Assembly: GCA_038087875.1 (NCBI GenBank)
Contig: CM075989.1
Coordinates: forward strand, 13,022,001-13,086,000
Direction: 5' to 3'
Length of the DNA stretch: 64,000 nucleotides
Source: Malacoraja senta
Lineage: Eukaryota
The notes under the pieces were generated by a model that searched no databases, was not told where the DNA came from, and saw only the letters and a program-made list of their open reading frames with translations. Positions 36,945-48,908 of this stretch are shown piece by piece (positions within the stretch are counted from its first letter, which is position 1; every line of letters begins with the position of its first letter). Both the position numbers and the translations under genes were made by a program.

Positions 36945-37599
36945 GATCATTCAAGGTAAGCAATGGACACCAAGTGCTGGTCAGAGCTGGATAATTCCTT
37001 CCTCCTGTACAGTTCTAATGCTGCTTCTTTTCTGCCCCAGGAGACCAGCAATGATTAACCCAGCATCGTCAGAACACTCTGCAACAAACAGAAACACATT
37101 AACTGCATTCACCGATCACTGCAACACAAGTGTTAGCCTTCCGATCCAGTGCACTGTGTACAGGGACAACATGTTCAAAGTGCTGACATCTCTCAACGCA
37201 TTCTCATTTCATGGCTCAGCTCTCTCCAATCACAGTCGCCAGTCTCAGAGAAATCAGTCACCCGTTCCCTGATGTTATCGCTGAAATATCACAACACACC
37301 AACAGAGCCCGTTACCAAAAGCAGACCCGAAGCGAAGCAAAGCAAGTAGGAATGTTTGACATTTCCAGATGCAAACCAAGGAAGCCAGTGTGAACTCAGC
37401 ACTCGGCAAGCCGACAGTAATCAATAATCTCAGCGCAGACAATGATGTTGCTCTGCTTTAAAGCAGCGCCTGGGTTCGTCAATGGCCACTTTCACTGCCA
37501 GACCCTCGGCCTTGAAGACCCCAAGCCCATGACACCATCCAGGGCCCAGCCCAGAGCTTCCTTCAAAGGTCTCTGCAGGGGCCACTCCCCCGGACTACC

Positions 37600-38000
37600 A
37601 ACCCCGGGTCTGCATCATATCTCGTCCGTGCGACGTGAAGCGTGAGCAAGCCACGGCGGGAGGAGAGGCGCGACCCAGGCGCCCAGCTCACCCCAGGGCC
37701 CGGCGCTCGGACACAGCTGTCAACGCAACCAGCCTATCACGATGGGCATTAGAATCAGCAACGCCCCCCGGTGACGGAGTGGCTGTTTCCAGCCTATCAG
37801 AGGCCAGGAGCACATGATTGATGGTAACCACAGCCAATCGTGGTTTGACGACGACCTTGACCCTCTCCACGCCTCCAACAGCTCGGCCTCTGACGCCGAG
37901 TGTATTGCGGGGCTGAGCCAGAGGGGGCGCAAGTACCTTCCCCGCGCACGTCCAACGGGCTCTTCCCCCCTCCCCCACCCGCGCCTTTCACCACAGAAGC
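37600..38000 (-). promoter_or_regulatory. CpG-rich promoter / putative non-coding exon 1 of SLC30A4
   Basis: CpG-dense; minus-strand donor GGG|gtgagc near 37691; CCAAT-like motifs 37730-37840. Confidence 0.55.
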
Positions 38001-38259
38001 TGTCCGACCTGACAAGTATTATTTGTTCTTACTGTAGATTTACAATTGATTTTTTGGCTTATTAATCTTAGGTCCTCACGTTGAGTCTGGACAAGTAAAA
38101 CGTCAACAATTATTTTCCTCCCACAGATGCTGCTCGACGACTCGAGTTTCTCCAGTAATTTAAATTGAACAAAATTGAGCTCAGCTCTGAAAAAAATGGC
38201 TCAAGGATGGAAGATAACGTGTTGTGGCAAGTGGTTGTCTTATTTTCACTATAGACAGT

Positions 38260-38428
38260 TGTGTAGGAAGGAACTACAAATGCTGATTTATACTGAGGAT
38301 AGACTTAGTGGGCCAGGCAGCATCTCTGGAGAAAAAGTCTAAAGAAGGGTTCCCACCTGAAACATCACCCATCCTTTTTCTCCAGAGATGCTGCCTAGAT
38401 CTGCTGAGTTACTCCAGCACTTTGTGTG
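38260..38428. repeat. pLTR mini-element (degenerate)
   Basis: gcagcatctctggagaaaa ... ttttctccagagatgctgcc. Confidence 0.7.
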
Positions 38429-39049
38429 TGTAGACAGTGTGCTAAGGTTAATGGTAGAATCACCTGGTCGCCTTGTTCTACAATTAGGTTAGTAATTCTT
38501 CCAAGGGTTAGGATGCCACAAAAATGGATCTCTTGAAGGAGGAGTTCATCATGTGGCTGGTGGTCAGAGATTGCTGCATCTTCTTTGGCAATTGAAGGTT
38601 GTCTATATTTTCCTTGTGGGGTCAACCCAATTACCAGGCTGCAATTGTCAAAGAGCTAAGAGGTCTTGAGAGATGGGTGGGGTTATCTTTAATGTTTTGG
38701 TAGCTGTTGGGAGGGGTGTGTGCAAGTGGAAGAAGATGAGTTCGCTGGTTAAAGGGAATCCTTTGTTCACTGTGAGTGAAATTAATATTGGAATACAATT
38801 TAATTTGCCTACAATATGACAAAGGCGAGTAGAATGGACAGAGGGGTGGAAATAGAATTTAGTATTGAATTGTGAGGTGATACATTTTTGGAGAAGGAAT
38901 GGAAAAAGGCAATAAAAACTTAATGGCACTATTCTGAAGGATGTGCAGCAACAGTGTGACTTGAGATTCATGTTTGAAGATGGCAGGACACGTTGAGTGA
39001 ATGCTTAACAAAGCATATGGGATTTTACACTTCAGCATGAATCACCTGT

Positions 39050-40330
39050 TAGGAATGGTTCCAGAGGACTTGAAAGCCATGAATGTAACCTAACCCCCAC
39101 TGTATAAGAAGGAGTGTGGCAAAAAAAAAGGAAATTTTTGCCAGAAGTCTGACTTCGGCGGTTAGTAAAATTTTAGAGTCCATTATAAGGATAAGGTTTC
39201 CAGGTACTTCGAAGTACAAGAGAGAGTTAGATAGAGCTCTAGGGGCTAGTAGAGTCAAGGGATATGGGAAGAAGACAGGCACGGGTTATTGATAGGGGAC
39301 GATCAGCCATGATCACAATGAATGGCGGTGCTGGCTCGAAGAGCCGAATGGCCTCCTCCTGCACCTATTTTCTATGTTTCTATGTTTCTATATGATATAG
39401 GATGCTGAATGCAGCATGGTTTTGTAAAGGGGAGATTTTGCCTGACAAATCTATTAGAATTCTCCGACGAAGTAACAAGCAGGATAGACAAAAGAGAGTC
39501 AGTGACGATGTTGGATTTTCCAAGGGCCACTGATAAGGTACCGCATGTGAGGCTGCTAAACAAGATAGGAGCCCATGGTATTAAAGGCAAGGTACTTGCA
39601 TGGCCAGAAGATTGGCTGACTAGCGGAAGGCAATGAGTGTGAATAAAGGGGGCCTTTTCTTGTTGGCTGCCGGTGACTAGTAGTGTTCCTCAGGAGTCGG
39701 GTCGGCTACGTTTCATATCAATGATCTGGATGATGGAATTGAAGGCTTTGCGGCCAAGTTTGCAGATGATACGAAAATAGGTGGATGGCCAGGAAGCAGG
39801 GGATCTGCAGAAGGAATTGAATAGGTTGGGAGAGTGGTCAAAGTAGTGGCAAATGGAATAGAGTGTAGCAAAGTGTACGGTCATGCACTCTGGTCAAAGG
39901 AATAAAGACGCAGACTATTTTCCAAATGGGGAGAGGGTTCTGAAATTGGAGGTGCAAAGGGATTGAGAGTGCTGGTGTAGGATTTCCAGAAGGTTAATAC
40001 GTTGGTTGGGTCGGTGAGAGAAGGAAAATGCAATGTCAGCATTCATTTCCAGAGGACCAGAATATAAAAGCAAGGATGTAATGATGAGGCTTTATAAGGT
40101 GCAAGTCAGGCCTTATTTGGAATATTATGAGCAGATTTAGGCCCTATACCTGATTTAGGCCCCATTGCAGAGGGTCCAGAGGATGGTTCACAAGAAAAAC
40201 AAAATGCTGGTGGAACTTACCTCTAGAAAATTGTTCTGAAACTTTATAAAGCTCTTTATAAGTTATACCTGGAATACTATTTCTGGTACAATTGGTCTTA
40301 AGTGGATGTTGAGGAGATTTATGAGAATGG
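39050..40330 (+). mobile_element. Decayed CR1 RT region with a younger CR1 3' end nested at about 39225-39392
   Basis: QHGFVKGRFCLTNLLEF, FADDTK remnants; (tctatgtt)n tail inside. Confidence 0.75.
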
Positions 40331-40379
40331 CTGCAAGAATAAGGGATTTTAGCTATGAATAGGAACCTAAATTTGTGCT

Positions 40380-42378
40380 TCTAGACCACTGGGATCTATT
40401 CTGGGGAAGAGGTAACCTGTACAAAAGGGACAGGTTGCACCTTAATTGGAGGAAGACCAACATTCTGGCAGGTAGGTTTGCTAGTGCTACATGGGTGGGT
40501 TTAAACTAAATGTTGAGGGAGGTGGGAGGGGGAGGGGCAACAACGTGGAAGTGTGTGTGTGCAGTTAATGGGAAAGAGAGTGTAGGAAAAGTCATGTTTA
40601 AACTAATAGGGCAGGAGGATGGGAACCAATACATGGAGACAGAGGGCTGTAAAATGAGGGGAGAAGCAAAAAGTAGAAGGGAGAAAAGAAAAACAAACCT
40701 GAAAGCTTAATATCACCATAATGCGAGGAGCATTCGTAATAAGGTGGATGAATTAAATGCACAGTTAGTTGTTAACGGATATGATATAGTTGGGATTACG
40801 GAGACATGGCTCCAGGGTGACCAAGGCTGGGAGCTCAATATGCAGGGGTATTCAAGATTCAGGAAGGATAGACAGAAAGGAAGAGGAGGTGGGGTGGCAT
40901 TGCTGGTTAAAGAGGAGATTAATGCAATAGTAAGAAGAGACATTAGCTTGGATGCTGTAGAATCTGTATGGGTAGAACCGCGAAATAGCCAAGGGCAGGA
41001 AACGCTTGTTGGAGTTGTGTACAGACCACCAAACAGCAGTAGTGAGGTTAGGGATAGCATCAAACAGGAAACCAGGGATGCGTGTAGCAAAGGTACAGCA
41101 GTTATCATGGGTGACTTTAATCTACATATAGATTGGGCTAAACAAATTGGCTGAGGAGGAGGATTTCCTGGAATGTATATGGGGTGGTTTTCTAAACAAA
41201 TATGTAGAGGAACCGGCCATCCTAGACTGGGTATTGTGTAATGAGGAAGGAGTAGTTAGCAATCTTGTTGTGCAAAGCCCCTTGGGCAACAGTGACCCAT
41301 GGAATTATGGGGAACAAGGAAATGGCAGATGAGTTAAACAGGTACTTTCGTTCTGTCTTCACTAAGGAAGATACAAACGATCTCCCTGATGTACTAGTGG
41401 CCAGAGGATCTAGGGTGACGGAGGAACTGAAGGAAATTCACATTAGGCAAGAAATGGTGTTAGGTAGACTGATGGGACTGAAGGCTGATAAATCCCCAGG
41501 GCCTGATGGTCTGCATCCCAGGGTACTTAAGGAAGTGGCTCTAGAAATCGTGGACGCATTGGTGATCATTTTCCAATATTCTCTATATATTCAGGATCAG
41601 TTCCTGTGGATTGCTAATGTTATCCCACTTTTTAAGAAAGGCGGGAAAGAGAAAACAGGGAATTATAGACCAGTTAGCCTGACATCGGTGGTGGGGTGAT
41701 GCTGGAGTCATAAAAGATGAAATAGCAGCATATTTGGATAGCAGTAGCAGGATCGGTCTGAGTCAGCATGGATTTACGAAGGGGAAATCATGCTGGAATA
41801 ATCTTCTGGAATTTATTGAGGATGTAACTAGGAAAATGGACAAGCGGGAGCCGGTGGATGTAGTGTACCTGGACTTTCAGAAGCATTTGATAAGGTCCCA
41901 CATAGGAGATTAGTGGGCAAAATTAGAGCACATGGTATTGGGGGTAGGGTACTGACATGGATAGAAAATTGGTTGGCAGACAGGAAACAAAGAGTAGGGA
42001 TTAACGGGTCCCTTTCAGAATGGCAGGGAGTGACTAGTGGGGTACTGCAAGGCTCAGTGCTGGGACCGCAGCTATTTACAATATACATTAATGATTTAGA
42101 TGAAGGGATTAAAAGTAATATTAGCAAATTTGCAGATGACACAAAGCTGGGTGGCAGTGTGAACTGTGAGGAGGATGCTATGAGGCTGCAGGGTGACTTG
42201 GATAGGTTGGGTGTGGGCAGATGCATAACAGATGCAGTATAATGTGGATAAATGTGAGATTATCCACTTTGGTGGCAAGAACAAAAAAACAATGATTATC
42301 TGAATGGTGTCAGATTAGGAAAACTGGAGGTGCAACAAGTCCTGGGTGTCCTTGTACACCAGTCACTGCAAGTAAGCG
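40380..42378 (+). mobile_element. Decayed CR1 (ORF1 end, APE, RT) with internal deletions
   Basis: LDHWDLFWG...RDRLHLNW (ORF1 end); ITETWL, GGGVALL, GDFN; KSPGPDG; FADDTK. Confidence 0.85.
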
Positions 42379-42689
42379 TTTGATACATCACCCAACCTAT
42401 CCATGTTCTCCAGAGATGCTGCTTGACCCGCTAAGCTACTCCAGCACTTGGTGCAGTTTTTTGTAACCAGCATTTGCAGTTCCTTATTTATGCATATTAC
42501 ATTCATTTATGTAACTATATAAAACGAAACGGGAAAGATGACGATGGTTCTTCAGATACACTCAGAAATTATAAAATAAATAAGAGAATGGGAGGGCCGT
42601 TTGCATCATTTTCACTGGCAGAATCGGGGAAAGCACCTTGGAATTTATGGAAAGCGAAAAATGAGCAACCTATAGTAAATAAATAAGTG

Positions 42690-43135
42690 GTAGCGGAGAA
42701 AAGGACGCGAGTAGAATTGGACAGATCCGATGTCTGGGGCTCTGGTGGAGAGGGGACGAAGGTCGGGCCTGTGGGACGGAGCGGATTCTCTCGGCGAGCC
42801 TGGTTCCGCTGGAGGCGGAATCAGGGCATGAAGCGCAGCCTCGGTCTTTCCCGGAACACATCTCGACTCCTCCTGCATACTGTTAGCTGTTGCGGTGCAA
42901 GCGGCTTGTGTTTGTATATGTACTTACACGGATTATATGTATTTATACGGTGGATGACGGGCGCGGGTCCGGGCTGGCGCTGGGCGAGGGGTGGACGGTG
43001 TGGGGGTTCGGGCCGGGGAGTGGGCGAGGTGGGCCACGGATCGGCCTGACCCACTATGGTCGGTTACCGCCATGACCTTTTCCCATTACACCAACAGGAG
43101 GCCGCCGGTGTGAGGCCCGGCGCGGCCGGTAAACC
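42690..43135 (+). promoter_or_regulatory. CpG-rich promoter/5'UTR of BLOC1S6
   Basis: CpG-dense segment immediately upstream of accATGg at 43136. Confidence 0.6.
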
Positions 43136-43190
43136 ATGGAGCCTGGGGACTCTGCTCAGGGCGCCTCCGCTTGGCCCAAGGCCGCCGCAG
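43136..43190 (+). CDS. BLOC1S6: BLOC1S6 exon 1 (putative): MEPGDSAQGASAWPKAAAG
   Basis: Strong Kozak accATGg, CAG|gtagga donor, phase 1 matches exon 2; N-terminus poorly conserved, so less certain. Confidence 0.65.
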
Positions 43191-43245
43191 GTAGGAATTG
43201 CTGGGGCTCTGCGGGAGAATTTTGCATCTTGTCGGCCATGGTGAT

Positions 43246-43317
43246 GGCAGGAGGATAACTCGTGTCCACAGTGGGGGAGACGGCAGGAGGATAACTCGTG
43301 TCCACAGTGGGGGAGAC
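43246..43317. repeat. Perfect 36-bp tandem duplication
   Basis: ggcaggaggataactcgtgtccacagtgggggagac x2. Confidence 0.95.
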
Positions 43318-43719
43318 AAGGTGGGGGGTGGGGGGTGGGGTGTTCTGTGACTAGCGGAGTCCCATAGGAACCGGTGCTTGATACCCTTGCTGCATGTAAT
43401 GTCCGTGAGTGATTTAGATGTAGGAGCAACATCAGTAAATTCATCAATGACACAAAGATTAATGTTGACAGTGTGAGGGGTAGTCGGGACTACAGGGTCA
43501 TGTCGACGTGCTGGTCTGAGAAATGGCAGATGGAACTTAATCCTGACAGATGTGAGATAATATATTTTGGGAGTACTAATGAGGCTGAGGTATGCTCCAT
43601 GAATGGTAGGATATTGAGGAACAAAGGGATGTCCAAAAGTAGACTAGGCGAAAGATCCACAAAGGTGATAGCACAAGTAGATAATGTGTTTAAAAATACC
43701 TATGGGACATCGGCCGCCT

Positions 43720-45175
43720 TTCAAGTTCAAGTGAGTTTATTGTCATGTGTCCCTGATAGGACAATGAAATTCTTGCTTTGCTTCAGCACAACAGAACATA
43801 GTAGGCGTTGACTACAAAACAGATCAGTGTGTCCATATACCATTATATAAATATATACACCCATGAATAAATAAACTGTTAAAAAGTGCAAATAACAGAT
43901 AATGGGCTATTAATGTTCAGAGTTTTGTCCGAGCCAAGTTTAATAGCCTGATGGCTGTGGGGAAGTAGCTATTCCTGAACCTGGTCGTTGCAGTCTTCAG
44001 GCTACCTGAAGGTAGCAGGGAGATGAGTGTGTGGCCAGGATGGCGTGGGTCCTTGATGATACTGCCAGCCTTTTTGAGGCAGCGACTGCGATAGATCCCC
44101 TCAATGGAAGGGAGGTCAGAGCCGATGATGGACTGGGCAGTGTTTACTACTTTTTGTAGTCTTTTCCTCTCCAAGGCGCTCAAGTTGCCGAACCAAGCCA
44201 CGATGCAACCGGTCAGCATGCTCTCTACTGTGCACCTGTAGAAGTTAGAGAGAGTCCTCCTTGACAAACTAATTCTCCGTAATTTTCTCAGGAAGTAGAG
44301 GCGCTGATGTGCTTTCTTAATAATTGCATCAGTGTTCTCGGACCAGGAAAGATCTTCAGAGATGTGCACGCCCAGGAATTTGAAGCTCTTGACCCTTTCA
44401 ACCATCGACCCGTTGATATAAACGGGACTGTGGGTCCCCATCCTACTCCTTCCAAAGTCCACAATCAGTTCCTTGGTTTTGCTGGTGTTGAGGGCCAGGT
44501 TATTGTGCTGGCACCATATGGACAGTTGCTCGATCTCTCTTCTATACTCTGACTCATCCCCATCAGTGATACGTCCCACAACAGTGGTGTCGTCAGCGAA
44601 CTTGATGATGGAGTTCGCACTATGACCGGCTACGCAGTCATGAGTATTGAGTGAGCACAGCAGGGGGCTGAGCACGCAGCCTTGAGGTGCTCCCGTGCTG
44701 ATTGTTATCGAGTCTGACACATTTCCACCAATACGAACAGACTGTGGTCTGAGAATGAGGAAGTCGAGGATCCAATTGCAGAGGGATGCGCAGAGACCCA
44801 GTTTTGCGAGTTTGGTAACCAGCTTGGAGGGGATGATTGTATTAAATGGCAAGCTGTAATCAATGACACAGCCTGACATATGAGTTTTTGTTGTCCAAGT
44901 GGTCCAGAGCGGAGTGGAGGGCCAGCGAGATCGCATCCACCGTTGATCTGTTGTGGCGGTAAGCAAACTGCAGTGGGTCCAAGTTTTTGTCGAGGTAGGA
45001 GTTGATTTGCGCCATGATCAACCTCTCAAAGCACTTCATCACCACAGGCATTAGTGCCACAGGTCGATAGCCATTGAGGCACGTCAACTTACTCTTCTTG
45101 GGCACTGGTATAATTGATGCCCTTTTGAAGCAGGTGGGAGCCTCAGACCTCAGAAGTGAGAGGTTGAAAATGTCT
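43720..45175 (-). mobile_element. Rex1/Babar-clade LINE, 5'-truncated, RT with a frameshift near 44870
   Basis: PKK...[60 protein letters not shown]; (ACTTGA)n tail. Confidence 0.85.
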
Positions 45176-45404
45176 GTAAAATTGGGTCATTGAGCACAAC
45201 AGCAGAGAGGTTGTTCTCCAACTTTTATATTAGTCAGATTGAGTACTGCAGGCAGTTCTGGTCATCTTACAATAGGAAGGATGTGATAGTGTTGGAGAGT
45301 GTGCAGAGGAGTTTCACCAGAATGTTGAAACAACAAACTCCAGATGTTGGTTTCCAGGGGGCAACTTTTTCACGCAGAGAGTCGTGAGTACTTGGAATAT
45401 ATGA

Positions 45405-46320
45405 GCCAAAGCTGGCTGGCAGTGTGAACTGTGAGGAGGATGCTATGAGGATGCAGGGTGACTTGGACAGGTTGGGTGAGTGGGCAGATACATGGCAGAT
45501 GCAGTTTAATGTGGATAAATGTGAGGTTATCCACTTTGGTGGCAAAAACAGGAAGGCAGATTATTATCTCTATGGTGTCAAGTTGGGAAAAGGGGAAGTA
45601 CAGTGGGATCTGGGGGTCCTTGTTCATCAATCACTGAAAGTAAGCATGCAGGTACAGCAGGCAGTAACAAAAGCGAATGGCATGTTGGCCTTCATAACAA
45701 GCGGAGTTGAGTATAGGAGCAAAGAGGTCCTCCTGCAGTTGTACAGGGCCACACCTGGTGAGACCACCCCTGGAGTATTGTGTGCAGTTTTGGTCTCTAA
45801 ACTTGAGAAAGGATATTCTTGCTATTGAGGGAGTAGGTTCACGAGGTTAAATCCTGGGATGGCGGGACTGTCATATGTTGATAGATTGGAGCGACTGGGC
45901 TTGTATACTCTGGAATTTAGAAGGATGAGAGAGGATCTTATGGAAACATAAGATTATTAAGGGGTTTGGACACGCTAGAGGCAGGAAACATGTTCCCAAT
46001 GTTGGAGGAGTCCAGAACCAGGGGTCATAGTTTAACAATAAGTGATAAGCCATTTAGAGAGGAGATGAGGAAAAACGTTTTCACACAGAGAGTTGTAAGT
46101 GTGTGGAATTCTGTGCCTCAGAGGGCAGTCGAGGCTGGTTCTCTGGATGCTTTCGAGAGAGCGTTAGATAGAGCTCTTCGGGATAGCAGAGTTAAGGGAT
46201 ATGGAGAGAAGGCAGGAACGGGGTACTGATTGTGGATGATCAGCCATGATCACATTGAATGGCGGTGCTGGCTCGAAGAGCCAAATGGCCTACTCCTGCA
46301 CCTATTGTCTATTATCTAAT
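45405..46320 (+). mobile_element. CR1 3' fragment nested in an older CR1 remnant
   Basis: WQMQFNVDKCEVIHFG; FTQRVV..WNS.P; CR1 3'UTR. Confidence 0.8.
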
Positions 46321-46409
46321 ATACTGCTGGGAAGCAGAGTCATTGACAATATTTAAGTGGATTGGTAACTACGAATCGTTGGGCATAGAAATCCATTGGC
46401 CAGGTACCG

Positions 46410-47070
46410 TAGAGTCACATATCATGGAAATAGGCCCTTTGGCTCAACTTGTCCATGCCGACCAAGATGCCCCATCTAAGCTAGTCCCACCTGTCTGCGT
46501 TTGGCCCATATCTCTACACCTTTCCTATCCGTGTATCTGTCTAAATGTCTCTAAAAATGTTGTTACAGTACCTGTCTTAACTGCCTCCTCTGGCAGTTCA
46601 TTCCATACACACTACCATCTTTGTGAAAAAGGTGCTTCAGATTCCAAATAAATCTTTCCCCTCTCACCTTAAACCTATGTTCCCTGGTTTTTGATTCTGC
46701 TACTCTGGGTAAAAAATTGTTCCATTCATGTTTTTATACACCTCTACAATGTCACCCCTCAGCCTTATGCACTCCAAATACAATTCTATCCTGCCCAACC
46801 TCTTCCTACAACTCAGGCCCTCAGGTCCTGGCAATATTCTTGTAAATCTTCTCTGCACTCTTCCAGCTTAACAGCATTCTACCTATGGTAGAGTGACCAA
46901 ACTTGAACACAATACTTCAAGTATAGTCTTGCCAACATCATGAACAACTGCAACATAACAACACAACTTCCATGTTCAATACCCTGACCAATGGCCAATG
47001 TTCTAAAAGTTGCCTTAGCCATCCTATCTACAGCACCTGTGACGCCACTTTCAAGGAACTAGTACTTGCA
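46410..47070 (-). mobile_element. Decayed CR1 3' fragment
   Basis: Reverse-complement similarity to the CR1 ORF2 end/3'UTR, as at 12350-12880. Confidence 0.6.
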
Positions 47071-47426
47071 GGTCTGAGTTTTTCTTTGAAGAGGTAACTA
47101 TGAAAATTGATGAAGAAAGTAGTAGTTCATGTGGATTTCAGTAAGGCTTTTGGCAAAGCTCCACATGGCAATTGTTGAAATTATAGATTGCGAAGATCTC
47201 GTTTAAGAATACGGCAGGGCATTAATCAGTTGAAAAATTGGGTGGAGCAGTAGCAGATGGAATTTAATCTAGACTGATGTGAGGTAATACGATTCTTATG
47301 ACATTATTATTATGGTTTATTATTCTCACATGTACCAAGGTACAGTGAAAAGCTTTGTTTTGCACACCATCCAATCAGATCAGATATTATACATAAATAT
47401 AATCATGTCAAACTCGAGTACAATAG

Positions 47427-48077
47427 TTTGTTTTTTGTATAAAAATTCAAAAATTTTGGAATGAAATTTTTGAAATTTTCACTAAATTATTTAAAATAAA
47501 ACTGAAACCGAATGCAGAACTGATTATTTTTGGAACAATAGAAGCAAGTTTGGAGCTGACTGCGTTTCAAAGGAGTTTTCTTAGTTATGGCTTAATAACG
47601 GCAAAAAAACTGATACTGAAATTTTGGAAAAATGCTCCTACGCCAACAATAAAAATGTGGACTTCTAATATGTCGGAATTGTTACATCTAGAAGATATGA
47701 GATTCCTCCTAGCAGGTAAACAAGACCAATTTCAAAAGATTTGGTCTCCATATATCGACTTATTACAAACATAGGGTGCAACAAAATGATGATAATAAAT
47801 GGTTTTAGGACCTGGCGAGGGGTGAGTAAAGATAAGAAGTAGGTACATCCCTTTCATATTGTCCTATCTTATTTTCTTTTTTCTCTTTTTTTCTTTTCTT
47901 CTTTAACTACTTGTGGTTTAGGTTCACATGTGTGTTCCTGGACCACTTTTTCATTCACTCACTGACTGTCTTTGCTAGTTCTTTCTATCCTTTTTTTCTA
48001 TTAAAGTTGAAAAACAGAAGTGGTACAAAAACTGTATAAATTTACGGGGAAAAAAAGAGAAAAAGAAAAAGAAAAAA
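47427..48077 (+). mobile_element. 5'-truncated L1 related to the element at 1-2925, with 17-bp TSD, inserted in a Rex-Babar 3' remnant
   Basis: KKLILKFWKNAPTPTIKMWTSNM shared with the L1 at 1-2925; A-rich tail; aaactcgagtacaatag at 47410-47426 and 48078-48094. Confidence 0.9.
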
Positions 48078-48763
48078 AAACTCGAGTACAATAGGTAGAG
48101 CAAAGGGGAAGATGTAGAATACAGAATATAGTTTTCAGCATTGCAGTGCATCAGTTTCAGAGACAAAATCCAATGTCTACAATGGGGTAGAGATGTATTG
48201 GACAGTACTCTGGATTATGGAAGGACTATTCAGAAGCCTGATAACAGAGGGGAAGAAGCTGTTCCAGAGTCCGTGGTGCACACTTTCTGAATTACTTGCT
48301 GTGCAGCATACTTGCCTCTGTGGAACAGGTGCATGGGCACCCAAAGCCCTCCACATCTCAAAGCTGCAGCCTCTTGCTATTTATACCTAGTTTTATTTTC
48401 CCTGCCAAACTGGACAATTTCACATTTTCCCACATTGGCTTTCCGTTTACCGTTTTCCCATGCATTTCCCCTATTTAATCTCTTCATAGGCTCCTTGTCT
48501 TCTCGCAATTTGCTTTCCAACTTCTGTGTCCAGTAAATTTACCAAGCAAGCCATTGGTGCCCTAATCCAGCCCTACGTAACCAGGCAGCAGTGTAAATGC
48601 TGCAGTGCACACACTGTTCTGCGCTTAATAATTAACCAAAGAGAAATAGATTTTAATTTTGAACACGAAAGGGCTTATGCTGACAAATTTGTTTGTTGCT
48701 TGAATTGTAGTGAGGATTGCGAGATGATAATAATTTCCCACTCTGCTCCTTCCTGTGTCTCAG

Positions 48764-48908
48764 GTCTCAGCGAAAGCATTACAGAGTTTGAGAGCTCTGG
48801 CGAGTTATCGTGTGTGAATCAAGAGACAGTGGAAAAGCTGACAGAAGGATTAATATCTCACTACCTCCCCGATCTAAAGCAATTGAAAAATGCCCTGCAG
48901 GAGCTGAC
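48764..48908 (+). CDS. BLOC1S6: BLOC1S6 (pallidin) exon 2
   Basis: ctcag| acceptor; VEKLTEGLISHYLPDLKQLKNALQELT |gtatgt. Confidence 0.93.
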
